Sequence record: ON287372.1
DNA length: 64,000 nucleotides
Strand: one strand, 5' to 3'
Shown here: piece after piece, positions 6,807 through 17,270 of the stretch
Numbering within the stretch: the first letter of the stretch is position 1
Layout: each line of letters begins with the position of its first letter
The notes under the pieces: generated by a model
What the model was told of the DNA's origin: nothing
The model's database searches: none
Seen by the model: only the letters and a program-made list of their open reading frames with translations
Position numbers and translations under genes: made by a program

Positions 6807-9746
6807 TTAGCCTTTCGTTACTACGGTCGCTGGATCTGCTACATAACGCCAGTTAGTCCCGTCTGAATAGATCAGCTGGTCTTTAGGTGTCTTAGCCGTA
6901 TCCGTACAGGTAACAATCGCACGCTTAGCCAAAGACGCCCCTGGTAAGTTAGCGAAGGTGTATTCCTTGGTCACCATCCCGTTAGCAACAGTGCCTACGA
7001 ATGCGTAAGGGATCCACGCACCCGCAGCGTTCTTAACGTAAGCAACAGGCGTACCGTCTGGTGCAGTTGCCGAAACGTTTTTGTTAATCCAGATACTTCC
7101 ATTAGGGCGAGTACCATTAGGCGCTTGCTCGGTTGGAACTACGTTGGAATAAACTTCGTTAAAGTATTTACCTGAAGGGCGGAAATCAATCCCCCATTTG
7201 GTATCTACACTTACTGTCCCGTCAATTGCAGTACCGATAACTGCACCACCACCGCCAGAGGCGTTAAAGGTGAAGTCGCCAATACAGTGACCGCCAATGA
7301 ATCGTACGTTCTTAACATAGTTCACTACGCTATCGAACACGCAGTTACTGAAGTTAATATCTGGGAAGGAACCATCGTTATTCATCGACAATGCTTTCAT
7401 GACCGTGTTAGAGAACATCCCAGTATAAGACGGGTAGTTCCACGTCACGTTACCCAGACGGCAGTTATCCATCCACACACGAGAAGACGGGCCGAAGTAG
7501 CAATCAGTCAACCAGCTATTCTGAATGCTCATGGCAAACTCACGGTTAGACGACGCCAAACAAATCCCGCCACCACGAGTGGTATTGGAAATAGTGACGT
7601 TACCGTAACCGCTTGCGTAAACAAAACGTTCAGTTTCAGAGGACTGCATCGAATCGAGCAATACTTCTGAACTGGATGAACCATCTACCTGAATGAACAC
7701 ACGACCTGCAGTTTCAGGAGTAGTTCCGTTAACGAAGTTAGGGTCGTAGTATTTAAACTTGGACAGTGGACCGTTACGTTGTTCGCAGTGAATCTTAGAA
7801 ATCCACAGGCCGATACCACCACGGTAGTAAACGGTAGGAGATACGTTGTTAGCTTCCCATTGACCGCCCTGGAAACGCAGCATGTTCGATGCATCACCAC
7901 TTTTACTGGAGATGATGTGGATTGGCGCAAAGGTAGTCTTAGTCAAGTTGACCAAGTCTGCGTAAGTCGCATAGTCACCCGAAGTACGGCCACACATCTG
8001 GACTTCCAGGAAGTTGTAATAGCCATCCTGCACCTGATCCAGTAACAGACCAGCACCTTTAAAGTTCTCTATCTTCAGACTATCAATTTCAGGGTACCCT
8101 ACGTTACGCATGTAGAGTCCGTGCAGCACTTTGCCACCACCCAAGATAGAGAAACCTTTCAGTGCTACACCAGAATAGGTGAAGTCGGTATCTTTATCGA
8201 TAGTGATGCTGAGCACCGCAGTAGTGGCGTCATTAAAGTCACCGCCCATCCATTGCAATACCGCACGACCAGTATGGGTCGAGTCTGCGTACAAAGAGAA
8301 CCCTTTGTTTGCCTGGATGACAATCGGAGTACGGATACCAAAATACTGGCTCGGTACTTTGATAGGCTGGAAGGAACGAGAGTACTGGATGTTCTGAATA
8401 AACGGGCCGTTATCTACAACAGAGTTATCGCAACCACCATCCCACAGTGTCAATGCACGAAGATCTTGACGATACCAAACGGTATTATCGTCGTAACGAA
8501 TAGTAGTATAGCCGCCATCGTCAAGAACCGTTGTATTGGTTGCAGAAACGAAACGACCACCGCCATTCATTTTACCCGCGTAATACTCACGGACATCGAC
8601 GATCTCATTGTTACCTTTAGGTTTGGTAGCACGCAATGCGGCCATAGTAGGGATGGTACGGATACTTGCTAAGCCTTTAGGGGTCAGGTTAACAACTGGA
8701 GTACCCGATTCATCAGTTACCACACCAGCGCCATTGAATCGCTCTACGTTAACGTAACTGAAAAGAGACTGATATTGGTACTGAAGATAAATGCCGCGAC
8801 AAGTACTCAAGTTCCCCAGCAATTGGATGTTACTAATCTCAATACCGGCGAAGCCAGCTTCCATTGCATTGGTAGTAGGGTTACGGCCAGGGAAGTGCAA
8901 TGCGCCGTAGGTTTCGTAACCAGGGCCAATCTGAACAGAGATCGTCGTGGAGTCTTTAACGCCGCAGCCACGCAGTTTAATCCCGCAGTTAGTCTGGAAC
9001 ACAATCGGGGAACGAATAACGATTGGGTTAGCATTACTGCCTTGAGGAAGCATCAGGATCTTCTTACGAGAAGCATCAGCAGCTTTCTTCAGCGCCTGGG
9101 CATTATCTGCCTGTGAATAGTGGACACCCCACCATTCGGCTTGGTTGGTAGATGTATCTACAATAGCACGTTTCCAACGAGCTGCGCCTGGAGTCACTGC
9201 TACAGTACCGCCGTTGTCCACAGTAGTTTTATCTGCTGGGTCATGGAAGAACTCACCGCCACCATAGTTAGCGCCCTCACGATAACCCGTGACAAGGACA
9301 CGCTGACCTGGGAAATAGGGTTCAGTTGCTCTGAGTTCATCGAATGACTTAATCTGTCCAATCAAACCAAACCCGATACTGGAGCGAATCTGTTCCAGGT
9401 TTTTAATGAGTTCTTTGGTAGGTTCCTTTACTTGCTTACCGTTAACATCCAGAACAGGTGAAGCAATACCGCCCATGTTAACATAGCGGTAAACATATTC
9501 TTTGCTCGAGTCTACAAATGAGAAGAATTGCTGACCTTTAATAGTGGCCGCAACCCCGTCGTTAATATTCGAATAAGCATTACCGTAGTCCATCAACTTG
9601 CGTAGTTCGCCGATGGAAACTTTCTGAGTTTCTAATTGATCTACTGAAACGATACGGGATGCTGGGATGATATCGCTATCATTAATCCCAGTATTACTGC
9701 TATCCGGTAGCTGCGAAATTTTACTTGAGGTATTATCTGCCATCAC
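6807..9746 (-). CDS. Tailspike/depolymerase, apparent fusion of two spike modules
   Basis: Shared anchor, two ELRAT/ALRAT...GGG.F...D[ND]GG head domains, a partial beta-helix, then a full beta-helix. Confidence 0.8.
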   Translation of the reverse strand: MMADNTSSKISQLPDSSNTGINDSDIIPASRIVSVDQLETQKVSIGELRKLMDYGNAYSNINDGVAATIKGQQFFSFVDSSKEYVYRYVNMGGIASPVLDVNGKQVKEPTKELIKNLEQIRSSIGFGLIGQIKSFDELRATEPYFPGQRVLVTGYREGANYGGGEFFHDPADKTTVDNGGTVAVTPGAARWKRAIVDTSTNQAEWWGVHYSQADNAQALKKAADASRKKILMLPQGSNANPIVIRSPIVFQTNCGIKLRGCGVKDSTTISVQIGPGYETYGALHFPGRNPTTNAMEAGFAGIEISNIQLLGNLSTCRGIYLQYQYQSLFSYVNVERFNGAGVVTDESGTPVVNLTPKGLASIRTIPTMAALRATKPKGNNEIVDVREYYAGKMNGGGRFVSATNTTVLDDGGYTTIRYDDNTVWYRQDLRALTLWDGGCDNSVVDNGPFIQNIQYSRSFQPIKVPSQYFGIRTPIVIQANKGFSLYADSTHTGRAVLQWMGGDFNDATTAVLSITIDKDTDFTYSGVALKGFSILGGGKVLHGLYMRNVGYPEIDSLKIENFKGAGLLLDQVQDGYYNFLEVQMCGRTSGDYATYADLVNLTKTTFAPIHIISSKSGDASNMLRFQGGQWEANNVSPTVYYRGGIGLWISKIHCEQRNGPLSKFKYYDPNFVNGTTPETAGRVFIQVDGSSSSEVLLDSMQSSETERFVYASGYGNVTISNTTRGGGICLASSNREFAMSIQNSWLTDCYFGPSSRVWMDNCRLGNVTWNYPSYTGMFSNTVMKALSMNNDGSFPDINFSNCVFDSVVNYVKNVRFIGGHCIGDFTFNASGGGGAVIGTAIDGTVSVDTKWGIDFRPSGKYFNEVYSNVVPTEQAPNGTRPNGSIWINKNVSATAPDGTPVAYVKNAAGAWIPYAFVGTVANGMVTKEYTFANLPGASLAKRAIVTCTDTAKTPKDQLIYSDGTNWRYVADPATVVTKG

Positions 9747-9822
9747 TGATATTCCTGGCTGGTTGCAAGATTGTCATATGAACAAACATAGGCCAGGGGC
9801 AATTAAGTCCCTGGCCGTATGG

Positions 9823-11955
9823 CTAGATGATATTATTCTGGGTAATTGTAGAGCCTGAGCCCACTTGCACTTTACCCGTACTACCTGCAGCCAGACGACT
9901 GTTGGTAATCAAAACGTTTGCGTTGTTGGCATCAGAAGTGATGTCGTAAAGTGGCTTCACTGCACCTGTAGAGGACGATACGCCAGTCAGAATACTATTA
10001 CGAACACCCAGTAAACGGATTGGGTAATACGTACCAGCAGTCTTGACCCCAGCATCGTTAATGTTGAAGCTAACGTTACTCTCAATGAGTCCATTCAGGG
10101 TCATGCCGTGTTCTGGAATATTAACCAACTTAACATCCATATCAGAGTAACGACAGTTCACTGCTTCGAATGCATCTTGAGCAGGGGATTCGATGTAGAA
10201 GTCTAAGTCAAGGTTATTGCAGTTAGAGATAGTAACACCACGACGTTGGCCATTAATCAAACGGATCTTACCGGTCACTCGATTACTGTCTGTGATATTA
10301 ACACCATTGAGCGTTTTAGTAGTAGAAACATTCTCTGCTACTAAATCAATAGAGCCGCTCGAGTTAGTAATGATCAGTGCCGAACCCGCTACATCAGTAA
10401 CGCGACCAGTAAACTGGAAGTTGCTACAGTTGGTAATTTCAACCGCAGTAACGTTACCCGTAGTTTGAGTAGTTACGACGTTATCCAACAGAACTGGCTG
10501 ATAGAGATCACGAATACCGATGACAGTACGCAGTGTGTTCTCAAATACGTTACCAATTGCCTTAATCCCTTTAATGAGATCTTTAGCTGCAATGAAGTCA
10601 GGGTTAACTGTGCCGAAGCCAAAACCGCCATAGCAGTTAATGAAGTAATTGTTCAGGTAAGTACCATAACTGGCTTCATCAGCATTCTTGGTATCTTCTG
10701 CATTGTTTGCAATGCCTGCGCCTTTCTTGCCATTACCGATATTAATGAATCGGCAACTCTTGACTAAGGTATTACGGCCTTTGTTAACAATCCCGTCGCC
10801 GTAGTAGGTACCGTCACGGTGAGCTACCTGCGCACTGTTAGCAACAGTACACTCGATGAACTGAGTCTCGTTACAACCACCGCGTACAGTTACTGAATCC
10901 TCTCCAGCTGACAGGAATGAACAACGATAGAACGTATTACGGGACGAGCCAGATTGCAGCCCGAGATTATCGAACTTACCGTTCTTGAATACTACGGAAC
11001 TGAACGTACAGTCACTCCAGTTATCCAGTGTATTCTCAGCAAACTCGAAGCCTAATGCACCGGTGGTATCGGTGTAGTCGACATCAATAGTTAGGTCACG
11101 GAAAACTAACCCGCTAATACCCGTTGTGCCATTTGTTATATCATTAGCTACGCCGGCTGCGGTAGTCGGAGAAGTAATGAATGGGATTTTATTCCCATTA
11201 CCTTTAAACTTGATGGTAGCTCCATTGCCAATCCAACCACCACCTGAGTAATGACGTACAGCCGAGCTGTAATAATAAGTCTTACCTGGGGATAATGAAA
11301 TCGGCCCTACTTGGGCTTTCTGAGCAGCACGCATGGCAATGGTATCATCAGCTTGGCCGCCACCGAAATCTTCAAGGGAGAATGAAGTTTTATTTCGTTT
11401 CCAGTGGTAGCCAGTACCAGAAGCAACACTACCGCCATTATCGGCTAAGTCACTCAAATTACTGATAAATTCGCCACCACCCAAAGAGCTACCCGTAACA
11501 TAACCGGCCAGGATGATTCGCTGACCCGAGTACTCTGGTTTAATAGTACGTAATCTGGCGAAATTATCCACCATGCCTACAACACCGAACCCTAACTCAC
11601 GAGTGATGTCAATCCCGGCTTGGATAGAGAGGTAGGTAGGGAACCGACGTTGTTTACCATCTACCCCTAAAACGGGAGAAGGCGAGCCAGCAGTTTTAAC
11701 GTACTGCAATACGGCAAACTTTGCGGAGTTCTCATAAACGAAGAATGACTCGCCATTGTCTACAGAAGCCAATCCTTCTTGTACGGTACTGGCCGCATTG
11801 CTAAAGTAAATACCTTCACGAATGTCGTACAATGAAGCGATGCTGGTCTGAGTAAGTTTAGAGTCTTTCGTGTTGATCGTAAACTTATCGTTCTCCGATA
11901 CAGCCTTTTTTGGTAACTCTGAAATCTTAGTGTATTTAATTGGGGAGATTGGCAT
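9823..11955 (-). CDS. Tailspike/depolymerase (beta-helix)
   Basis: Anchor YTKISELP; head domain ARLRTIKP...GGGEF...ADNGG; SLEDFGG cap; Asn/Ser/Val-rich beta-helix rungs. Confidence 0.8.
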   Translation of the reverse strand: MPISPIKYTKISELPKKAVSENDKFTINTKDSKLTQTSIASLYDIREGIYFSNAASTVQEGLASVDNGESFFVYENSAKFAVLQYVKTAGSPSPVLGVDGKQRRFPTYLSIQAGIDITRELGFGVVGMVDNFARLRTIKPEYSGQRIILAGYVTGSSLGGGEFISNLSDLADNGGSVASGTGYHWKRNKTSFSLEDFGGGQADDTIAMRAAQKAQVGPISLSPGKTYYYSSAVRHYSGGGWIGNGATIKFKGNGNKIPFITSPTTAAGVANDITNGTTGISGLVFRDLTIDVDYTDTTGALGFEFAENTLDNWSDCTFSSVVFKNGKFDNLGLQSGSSRNTFYRCSFLSAGEDSVTVRGGCNETQFIECTVANSAQVAHRDGTYYGDGIVNKGRNTLVKSCRFINIGNGKKGAGIANNAEDTKNADEASYGTYLNNYFINCYGGFGFGTVNPDFIAAKDLIKGIKAIGNVFENTLRTVIGIRDLYQPVLLDNVVTTQTTGNVTAVEITNCSNFQFTGRVTDVAGSALIITNSSGSIDLVAENVSTTKTLNGVNITDSNRVTGKIRLINGQRRGVTISNCNNLDLDFYIESPAQDAFEAVNCRYSDMDVKLVNIPEHGMTLNGLIESNVSFNINDAGVKTAGTYYPIRLLGVRNSILTGVSSSTGAVKPLYDITSDANNANVLITNSRLAAGSTGKVQVGSGSTITQNNII

Positions 11956-11970
11956 CTTAGTTCTCTCAAT

Positions 11971-11998
11971 AAATAAGGGGCCGGAGCCCCTTTATTTT
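11971..11998. terminator. Bidirectional terminator-like hairpin
   Basis: aaataaggggc-cgga-gcccctttatttt. Confidence 0.6.
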
Positions 11999-14303
11999 AT
12001 TTAACTTTCCAGAATACAGGGAGCTTAACTTCAATCGATCCAGTGAAGCCGTTGATACGGAAACCAAACGAAGCAGTCTTGGTTGCGTTCCAAACTGTAG
12101 AGGTTAATGGTGGCGTGGAGATGAAGTCGTTAATACCTAACGGGGTGTTGGTTTCAGTCAATGCTTCGGACAGTAAGAAGTTACGGTCAGCAGTAGTCCC
12201 TAGTACCGGGTAGGTGGTTGTAATTGCGATGTTGTCATCGACTGAGTTTTTCTTACCCGTGATAACCGGGTCATCAAAACATCTAGCGATACCTGTAACC
12301 TTTACATCACCCGTAGCAATACCCTGTTTAACTGAGATCATCGTGTTGAACATGTCGCGAGGTAATACAGGTACACGTTCAGGGAATACAAGATCGATCT
12401 CGGCAGTATTGGCACTAGAGTTGATGATTAGAGTTTGAAGCCCATCATCACCTACCGCACCATAAGTCACAGTGACGGTACCATTACGCGTAATGAAACT
12501 AATCCCTGTGCTGGTTTCTGGGCTGGTTACCGTATTGCCTGCTGTGCCGGTGAACTTGTAGCGACGGTTGTCTGCCACGTTATAACTGATCAAGTAACAA
12601 GGATCGGTACGTGACATATTCACGATAACTGAACCAGTTACAGTAGTGTTGTCATTAGTCTTACCCCAACCAGTTAACGTACCATAAGTTTTAGTTCCTT
12701 TATTACGGAAGTTAATTGGGGAATTCTGGAAGCTAACGTAAAACGCACCCAGCTCCCCGTCAAGGATCTTACGTGGAGGACTGAATGGTTTAGTCGCATA
12801 GACAGCGTAAACTTGGCTATTGACGAAATAGAACTTCTGACCTGTACCCGTCCATTTGTCAGGTTGGTTAATCAGGTAACCGTCAAACCCTTCAAGGTGA
12901 CAGTTAGTTAATTTAACCCAACCGTGCGTGGTCGATTTACCCAGGAAGAATACATCGCCATTCTGGTAATCGAAGCTACAGTTATCGAAAGCAATCTCAA
13001 ACGCAAAGATATCCATGATAACGTTGTGAGATGTGGTGTCGCTGAAGGTACAGTTGTGGAATGCAATTTTCTCACCGGCATTACCGGAGCCGGTCCCTTT
13101 GAAGTAAAGGGAAGTTTCATTTCGTGCGCAGAATACACGATCGAAAAGGTTCAAGTAGCTATCAACACCGTCGTGGCGTAGACCGTATTTGAACCCTACG
13201 ATAGTCACGTTAGCGACCCGTACATCGCGACAGTTAACAAACCCTTTCGCTGTGTTACCCAACCAAACGCCGTGCATGGTAGAAACGCCAGCGCCTCGGC
13301 CTTTCACAATTACCTTACCAGGGCAATCGATAACAGTTACACCGTTAGATTGCGTGTTGTACCACTTGATAAGGTTAGCATCAGTCGCACCAGGGAATTG
13401 AGTGTTGTCAATGACGATACCGTCAATATCCCTTCCTGAGAAATCCAGGAGAGTAGTGCAAGTGAATTGCAAACCGATGAAGCTTGGGAGTTTAATCGTT
13501 TCATTCATGGTGTAACTAGCCAACCCAGTCGACGGATTAACACCAGGAACAATCAGATGGGAGAAAGTACCGAATGTACCAACGTTGGCAATTGCCAAGT
13601 TAACCATCGCACGGACACCTTTGTTAATTGTCTCCGCAAGGTTTTTCATTGCCGGTACGAAACCGAATACCATGACATTCACACCAGCTGAAGTATCCAG
13701 AACCCAGACCTTACCTTCATTGGTAGCGACACGCAATACTCCATCGATTGGGCCATCGTGGTAAGTATTGTCGTAGTAGTAGATCATGTTCAGTGCAGGA
13801 CCGCCTTCTACGGCGTGCTCTACAATAATGCTTTGCTGTGGCTTTGTAGGCTCCACTGAAGCTAAGTCTGCAATGTATGCAACCTTACCTAGGTCTTTAT
13901 AACCATCGCTCTTCAGGATCCCATTAATTCCTTTTGCAGAACGAGGGGTCGGATAACTAATTTGTTTACCGTCCTCGCCAATAACAGGTTCAGCAACCGA
14001 ACCCATTTTCAGATATTTAACTACGTTGACTTTACTCTCATCCTCAAAGACGTAAAACGCTTCGTTATCATTAGCGAAAGTAAGTCCGGTCGCAACATCT
14101 TTAAACGCATTATCGAAGTTGAAGCTACTTCTCAGATCATCAACTGTCGCGCCCTTAGTGATTGGTTTTCCGCCAGTGGTAGTATTGTTCAAAGGGATAA
14201 CATCAGTTTCACGTACGTTGTTGACTTTCCCTAATTCTGATATCTTAACTTGCTGTACCATTTCAGAATACCTTAGATTCGTTGTAGATTTCATAGGAAA
14301 CAA
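11997..14303 (-). CDS. Tailspike/depolymerase (beta-helix); likely start ATG 14261
   Basis: Anchor VKISELG...FDNAF; VNVMVFG cap; F.NC.F rung repeats; C-terminal carbohydrate-binding-like region. Confidence 0.8.
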   Translation of the reverse strand: MFPMKSTTNLRYSEMVQQVKISELGKVNNVRETDVIPLNNTTTGGKPITKGATVDDLRSSFNFDNAFKDVATGLTFANDNEAFYVFEDESKVNVVKYLKMGSVAEPVIGEDGKQISYPTPRSAKGINGILKSDGYKDLGKVAYIADLASVEPTKPQQSIIVEHAVEGGPALNMIYYYDNTYHDGPIDGVLRVATNEGKVWVLDTSAGVNVMVFGFVPAMKNLAETINKGVRAMVNLAIANVGTFGTFSHLIVPGVNPSTGLASYTMNETIKLPSFIGLQFTCTTLLDFSGRDIDGIVIDNTQFPGATDANLIKWYNTQSNGVTVIDCPGKVIVKGRGAGVSTMHGVWLGNTAKGFVNCRDVRVANVTIVGFKYGLRHDGVDSYLNLFDRVFCARNETSLYFKGTGSGNAGEKIAFHNCTFSDTTSHNVIMDIFAFEIAFDNCSFDYQNGDVFFLGKSTTHGWVKLTNCHLEGFDGYLINQPDKWTGTGQKFYFVNSQVYAVYATKPFSPPRKILDGELGAFYVSFQNSPINFRNKGTKTYGTLTGWGKTNDNTTVTGSVIVNMSRTDPCYLISYNVADNRRYKFTGTAGNTVTSPETSTGISFITRNGTVTVTYGAVGDDGLQTLIINSSANTAEIDLVFPERVPVLPRDMFNTMISVKQGIATGDVKVTGIARCFDDPVITGKKNSVDDNIAITTTYPVLGTTADRNFLLSEALTETNTPLGINDFISTPPLTSTVWNATKTASFGFRINGFTGSIEVKLPVFWKVK

Positions 14304-14308
14304 TATAA

Positions 14309-14330
14309 GGAGAGAGCCGAAGCTCTCTCC
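14309..14330. terminator. Stem-loop between tailspike genes
   Basis: ggagagagc-cgaa-gctctctcc. Confidence 0.55.
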
Positions 14331-14337
14331 TCTTGTA

Positions 14338-16554
14338 TTACCAAACGCGTGTGTTGAGGTCTTTACAAACGCCGACTTCGCAAGCGTAGAAATCAGTGAT
14401 CTCTAGTACCGCAGGCGCATCTCCCGCATTGATACCGAAACCGTAGATTTCAATAGCTACACGAACCCATTCAGTCCCCGCTGGGGAAAGTGGCAGATAT
14501 TCAGTAGTACCCAATTGGGTCATTCGAATACCTGGGGTAAGTTTAGGCGTAGTAGTGATCCCGCTCAACTGGTTCGTCCAGGTTTGTCGTTGTTCACCCA
14601 GGGTAGTGATGCTGTTATCCTGGGCTACGTACCCTACAGTAGAGTAGCAGTTAGTGGATACTTTAACTTCAGGCATTTCCCGGTTACCGTTCACGGATAG
14701 CTGTGAGCCATACCAGTTACCCGCTTTAGCCTTAGCGAAGAAGCTAATAGTCTTGTTAGCCCTGGTGGTGTCAGATGAAGTAACTACCAGTTTATTACCC
14801 GAAGTAGAGATCTTGAAGAGCGAAGTCTCAGTTGGGGATACGGCAGTACCGCCAGTCAGGCGAGGACGGTTAATGGTCAAGTAACCGACGTTATTTGGGT
14901 TAGGGGAGATCAGAATGTTCGCACCTTTGCCCAACGTATAGTTACGCCACATGTCCTTATAACGACCAGGATAGGATTCGGTCATCTTAATGAAGCAACC
15001 GTTAGTCCATTGACCGTTGAAGCGAGTGATATCCGGGTTTGGTACCAGGAAGCCATGGAGATAAACTTGCGATGACAGGTCGGTAGACGTATCTTCGAAG
15101 TAGTAGTTATGGATCAGGTGCGGGGTAGTTTCGTTCGGCTCTACGGTGCTAGAGTGAGTCAGAATCCACTGGCACTCGTAAAGTTTGATGATACCGCTGC
15201 CGCGCCATACTGGTCCAGTCCAACGGCTGTTCAGGTTACCGTATTCATTACCGCAACCATACATCAGAACAGTACAGTTATCGATATTGAACAGGCCTTC
15301 TTTATCGGCGTTGGCGTTTTGATCTGCTTCGGTCTTGTAACCGGAGTAGTCAAATGAACAGCCGTGGAAAGTCATCGCCATACCCGTATTCAGGTAGGGA
15401 CCAATGCCATCACCGAAGATACACTTAGTCCACACCAGAGTTTCCCCGGCGTTAGCGGACTTAGGTGCGTTGATTGCCAGACGTACGCCTTGAGTGGTGC
15501 ACTGGAACCAGTTGTTCAGGTAGCAGTTATCACCCAGATCCCATGCGATGTCATGACGGTTGATCGAGATGTTGTTGAAGTTCAGGAAGGCTGCGGACAA
15601 CCCATGGATGTTACCAGAGGTTGTTGATACGTTGATGCCTTTCTGTTTCTTCGCCACCGCAGAAACCATACGCAGGTTGCTCAGCGTAGAGTTACGGTGA
15701 CCGTAAACTACCGAGATGTTAGTCTGGCCATCTTTCGCTTCGGTGAAGTCCAGCATGGTACCACGGAAGTCCCAGCTGACGCCCCACATGCGCAACCAGA
15801 TCTCGGTCTTACATTTACGGACGCCACCTGGACCTACCATAGTCAGGTACGTCGGAGTAGACGGAGTCCAAGTCTGCCACCACTCGGTACCTTTGACCTC
15901 TACGTACTCACCGGCTTTCATTACGGTAAGTGCATAGTCAGATGCGTGAAGGATCGGATCGAAGAACCAGTCGATTTCAATGTTACCACTGGAAACATCA
16001 CGCTTGAAACGTTCACCGGTTTTGGTAACTATGCACATCACACCGTCATCAGCTGTGGTACGGTCATTGGCGTCGTAAATCCATTCACCACCGTTTTTGT
16101 ACTGAACACCGTTCAGGCGGAAGTTACGCATACGGACAATCTGACCGTCAATGGATGGCGCCTGAGCACGGAGCTGATCCAAAGATGCTACGGTAACAGA
16201 CTGCTCACCGATTGCCAGCATATAGAGCGGGGTAGCCCAACGACGAGGCTGACCAGATTTGTCTAGAATAACTTCAGACACGCCATTTTTGTTAATGTAA
16301 CCGTTAACAAAGCGCTTAGAGTTATCGGTGAATACATAGAAGCGTTCTTCAGGGTAAGTGCCTGTCAGACCTTCTGGGATGGAATTGAACGCATTATCAA
16401 AGTCCAGGGCAGCTCGAAGGTCACCGACCGTACTTGCAACCGTTTCTGGATTATTGGTTTTGATTTGCGAAATAGGGGTTAAGTCGGCATCATTGATCGG
16501 ACGCGTTACGCGCGGGAGTTCCGAGATTCGATTCCCTAAGCTTGAGTTAGCCAT
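14338..16554 (-). CDS. Tailspike/depolymerase (beta-helix)
   Basis: Anchor NRISELP...FDNAF; head domain DQLRAQAP...GGEW...DDGV; beta-helix rungs. Confidence 0.8.
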   Translation of the reverse strand: MANSSLGNRISELPRVTRPINDADLTPISQIKTNNPETVASTVGDLRAALDFDNAFNSIPEGLTGTYPEERFYVFTDNSKRFVNGYINKNGVSEVILDKSGQPRRWATPLYMLAIGEQSVTVASLDQLRAQAPSIDGQIVRMRNFRLNGVQYKNGGEWIYDANDRTTADDGVMCIVTKTGERFKRDVSSGNIEIDWFFDPILHASDYALTVMKAGEYVEVKGTEWWQTWTPSTPTYLTMVGPGGVRKCKTEIWLRMWGVSWDFRGTMLDFTEAKDGQTNISVVYGHRNSTLSNLRMVSAVAKKQKGINVSTTSGNIHGLSAAFLNFNNISINRHDIAWDLGDNCYLNNWFQCTTQGVRLAINAPKSANAGETLVWTKCIFGDGIGPYLNTGMAMTFHGCSFDYSGYKTEADQNANADKEGLFNIDNCTVLMYGCGNEYGNLNSRWTGPVWRGSGIIKLYECQWILTHSSTVEPNETTPHLIHNYYFEDTSTDLSSQVYLHGFLVPNPDITRFNGQWTNGCFIKMTESYPGRYKDMWRNYTLGKGANILISPNPNNVGYLTINRPRLTGGTAVSPTETSLFKISTSGNKLVVTSSDTTRANKTISFFAKAKAGNWYGSQLSVNGNREMPEVKVSTNCYSTVGYVAQDNSITTLGEQRQTWTNQLSGITTTPKLTPGIRMTQLGTTEYLPLSPAGTEWVRVAIEIYGFGINAGDAPAVLEITDFYACEVGVCKDLNTRVW

Positions 16555-16659
16555 TAATACCTCTGCCAGTAAATCTGGAGTGTCGTAACAAAAAAGAAAG
16601 AATTACATATGAACATAGACTCTCCTAGACCATGACGGCCTAGGAGAGCAACTATGCGA

Positions 16660-17226
16660 TTAGTTACCGCCTTGCTCAGCAACCAGGAACTTATCGTTCT
16701 CAGTTGTGATCGCCTTACCGGACTCAGTAAGGATTGCGCCGCGTGGCATTTTCATACCGCCGGTGATGGTGATATCCAGGTTACCACTCCAGACGTGGGA
16801 GTTGTAATCAGTACCCGCTTTGGTTTGCACGGTGATAACTTTACTTTCGCCTTCAGGGATGAATGGCAGCAGCTCAGTGGAGTTTGCTACGTCGACTTCA
16901 TCGATGAAGATTTTGTATTTAGTCTGCAGCAGGGGCAGAGTATCTGCGATGGTGTTTGCAGTCTCTGGCAGGATCAGGGACGGGCCCTGGGCGCCCAGCA
17001 GTTTGTTCAGATCGATACGGGTGTAAGTGAATACACGTTGACCGCTGTAAGGGCTACGACCAGTTACCGTTACGCTGATGCGTTCTTCAGTACCAGGGAC
17101 AGTAGCGGACTTTACATCACCGAAAGTCAGATAGCTGGCATTCAGTGCCGGGGTCACGTTGTTCTGGGCAGTAATGAGGTCAGCGAGGATCTCAAATTTA
17201 GGACGTCCGAATAACTCAACGTACAT
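16660..17226 (-). CDS. Baseplate/tail-fibre adaptor-like protein
   Basis: FTYTRIDLNKLL...LQTKYKIFIDEVDV domain shared with 353..2404 and 1..342; C-terminal ILTESGKAITTENDKFLVAE peptide. Confidence 0.65.
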   Translation of the reverse strand: MYVELFGRPKFEILADLITAQNNVTPALNASYLTFGDVKSATVPGTEERISVTVTGRSPYSGQRVFTYTRIDLNKLLGAQGPSLILPETANTIADTLPLLQTKYKIFIDEVDVANSTELLPFIPEGESKVITVQTKAGTDYNSHVWSGNLDITITGGMKMPRGAILTESGKAITTENDKFLVAEQGGN

Positions 17227-17270
17227 GGGTAAACTCCATTGAAATAAAACTTTTAGTTCAGCTCATAGAA

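Noticed and set aside
5928-16554. Diversity-generating retroelement or invertase shufflon acting on the spikes
   Set aside because: No reverse transcriptase, no TR/VR near-identical pair and no inverted crossover sites; paralogues share protein-level similarity only.
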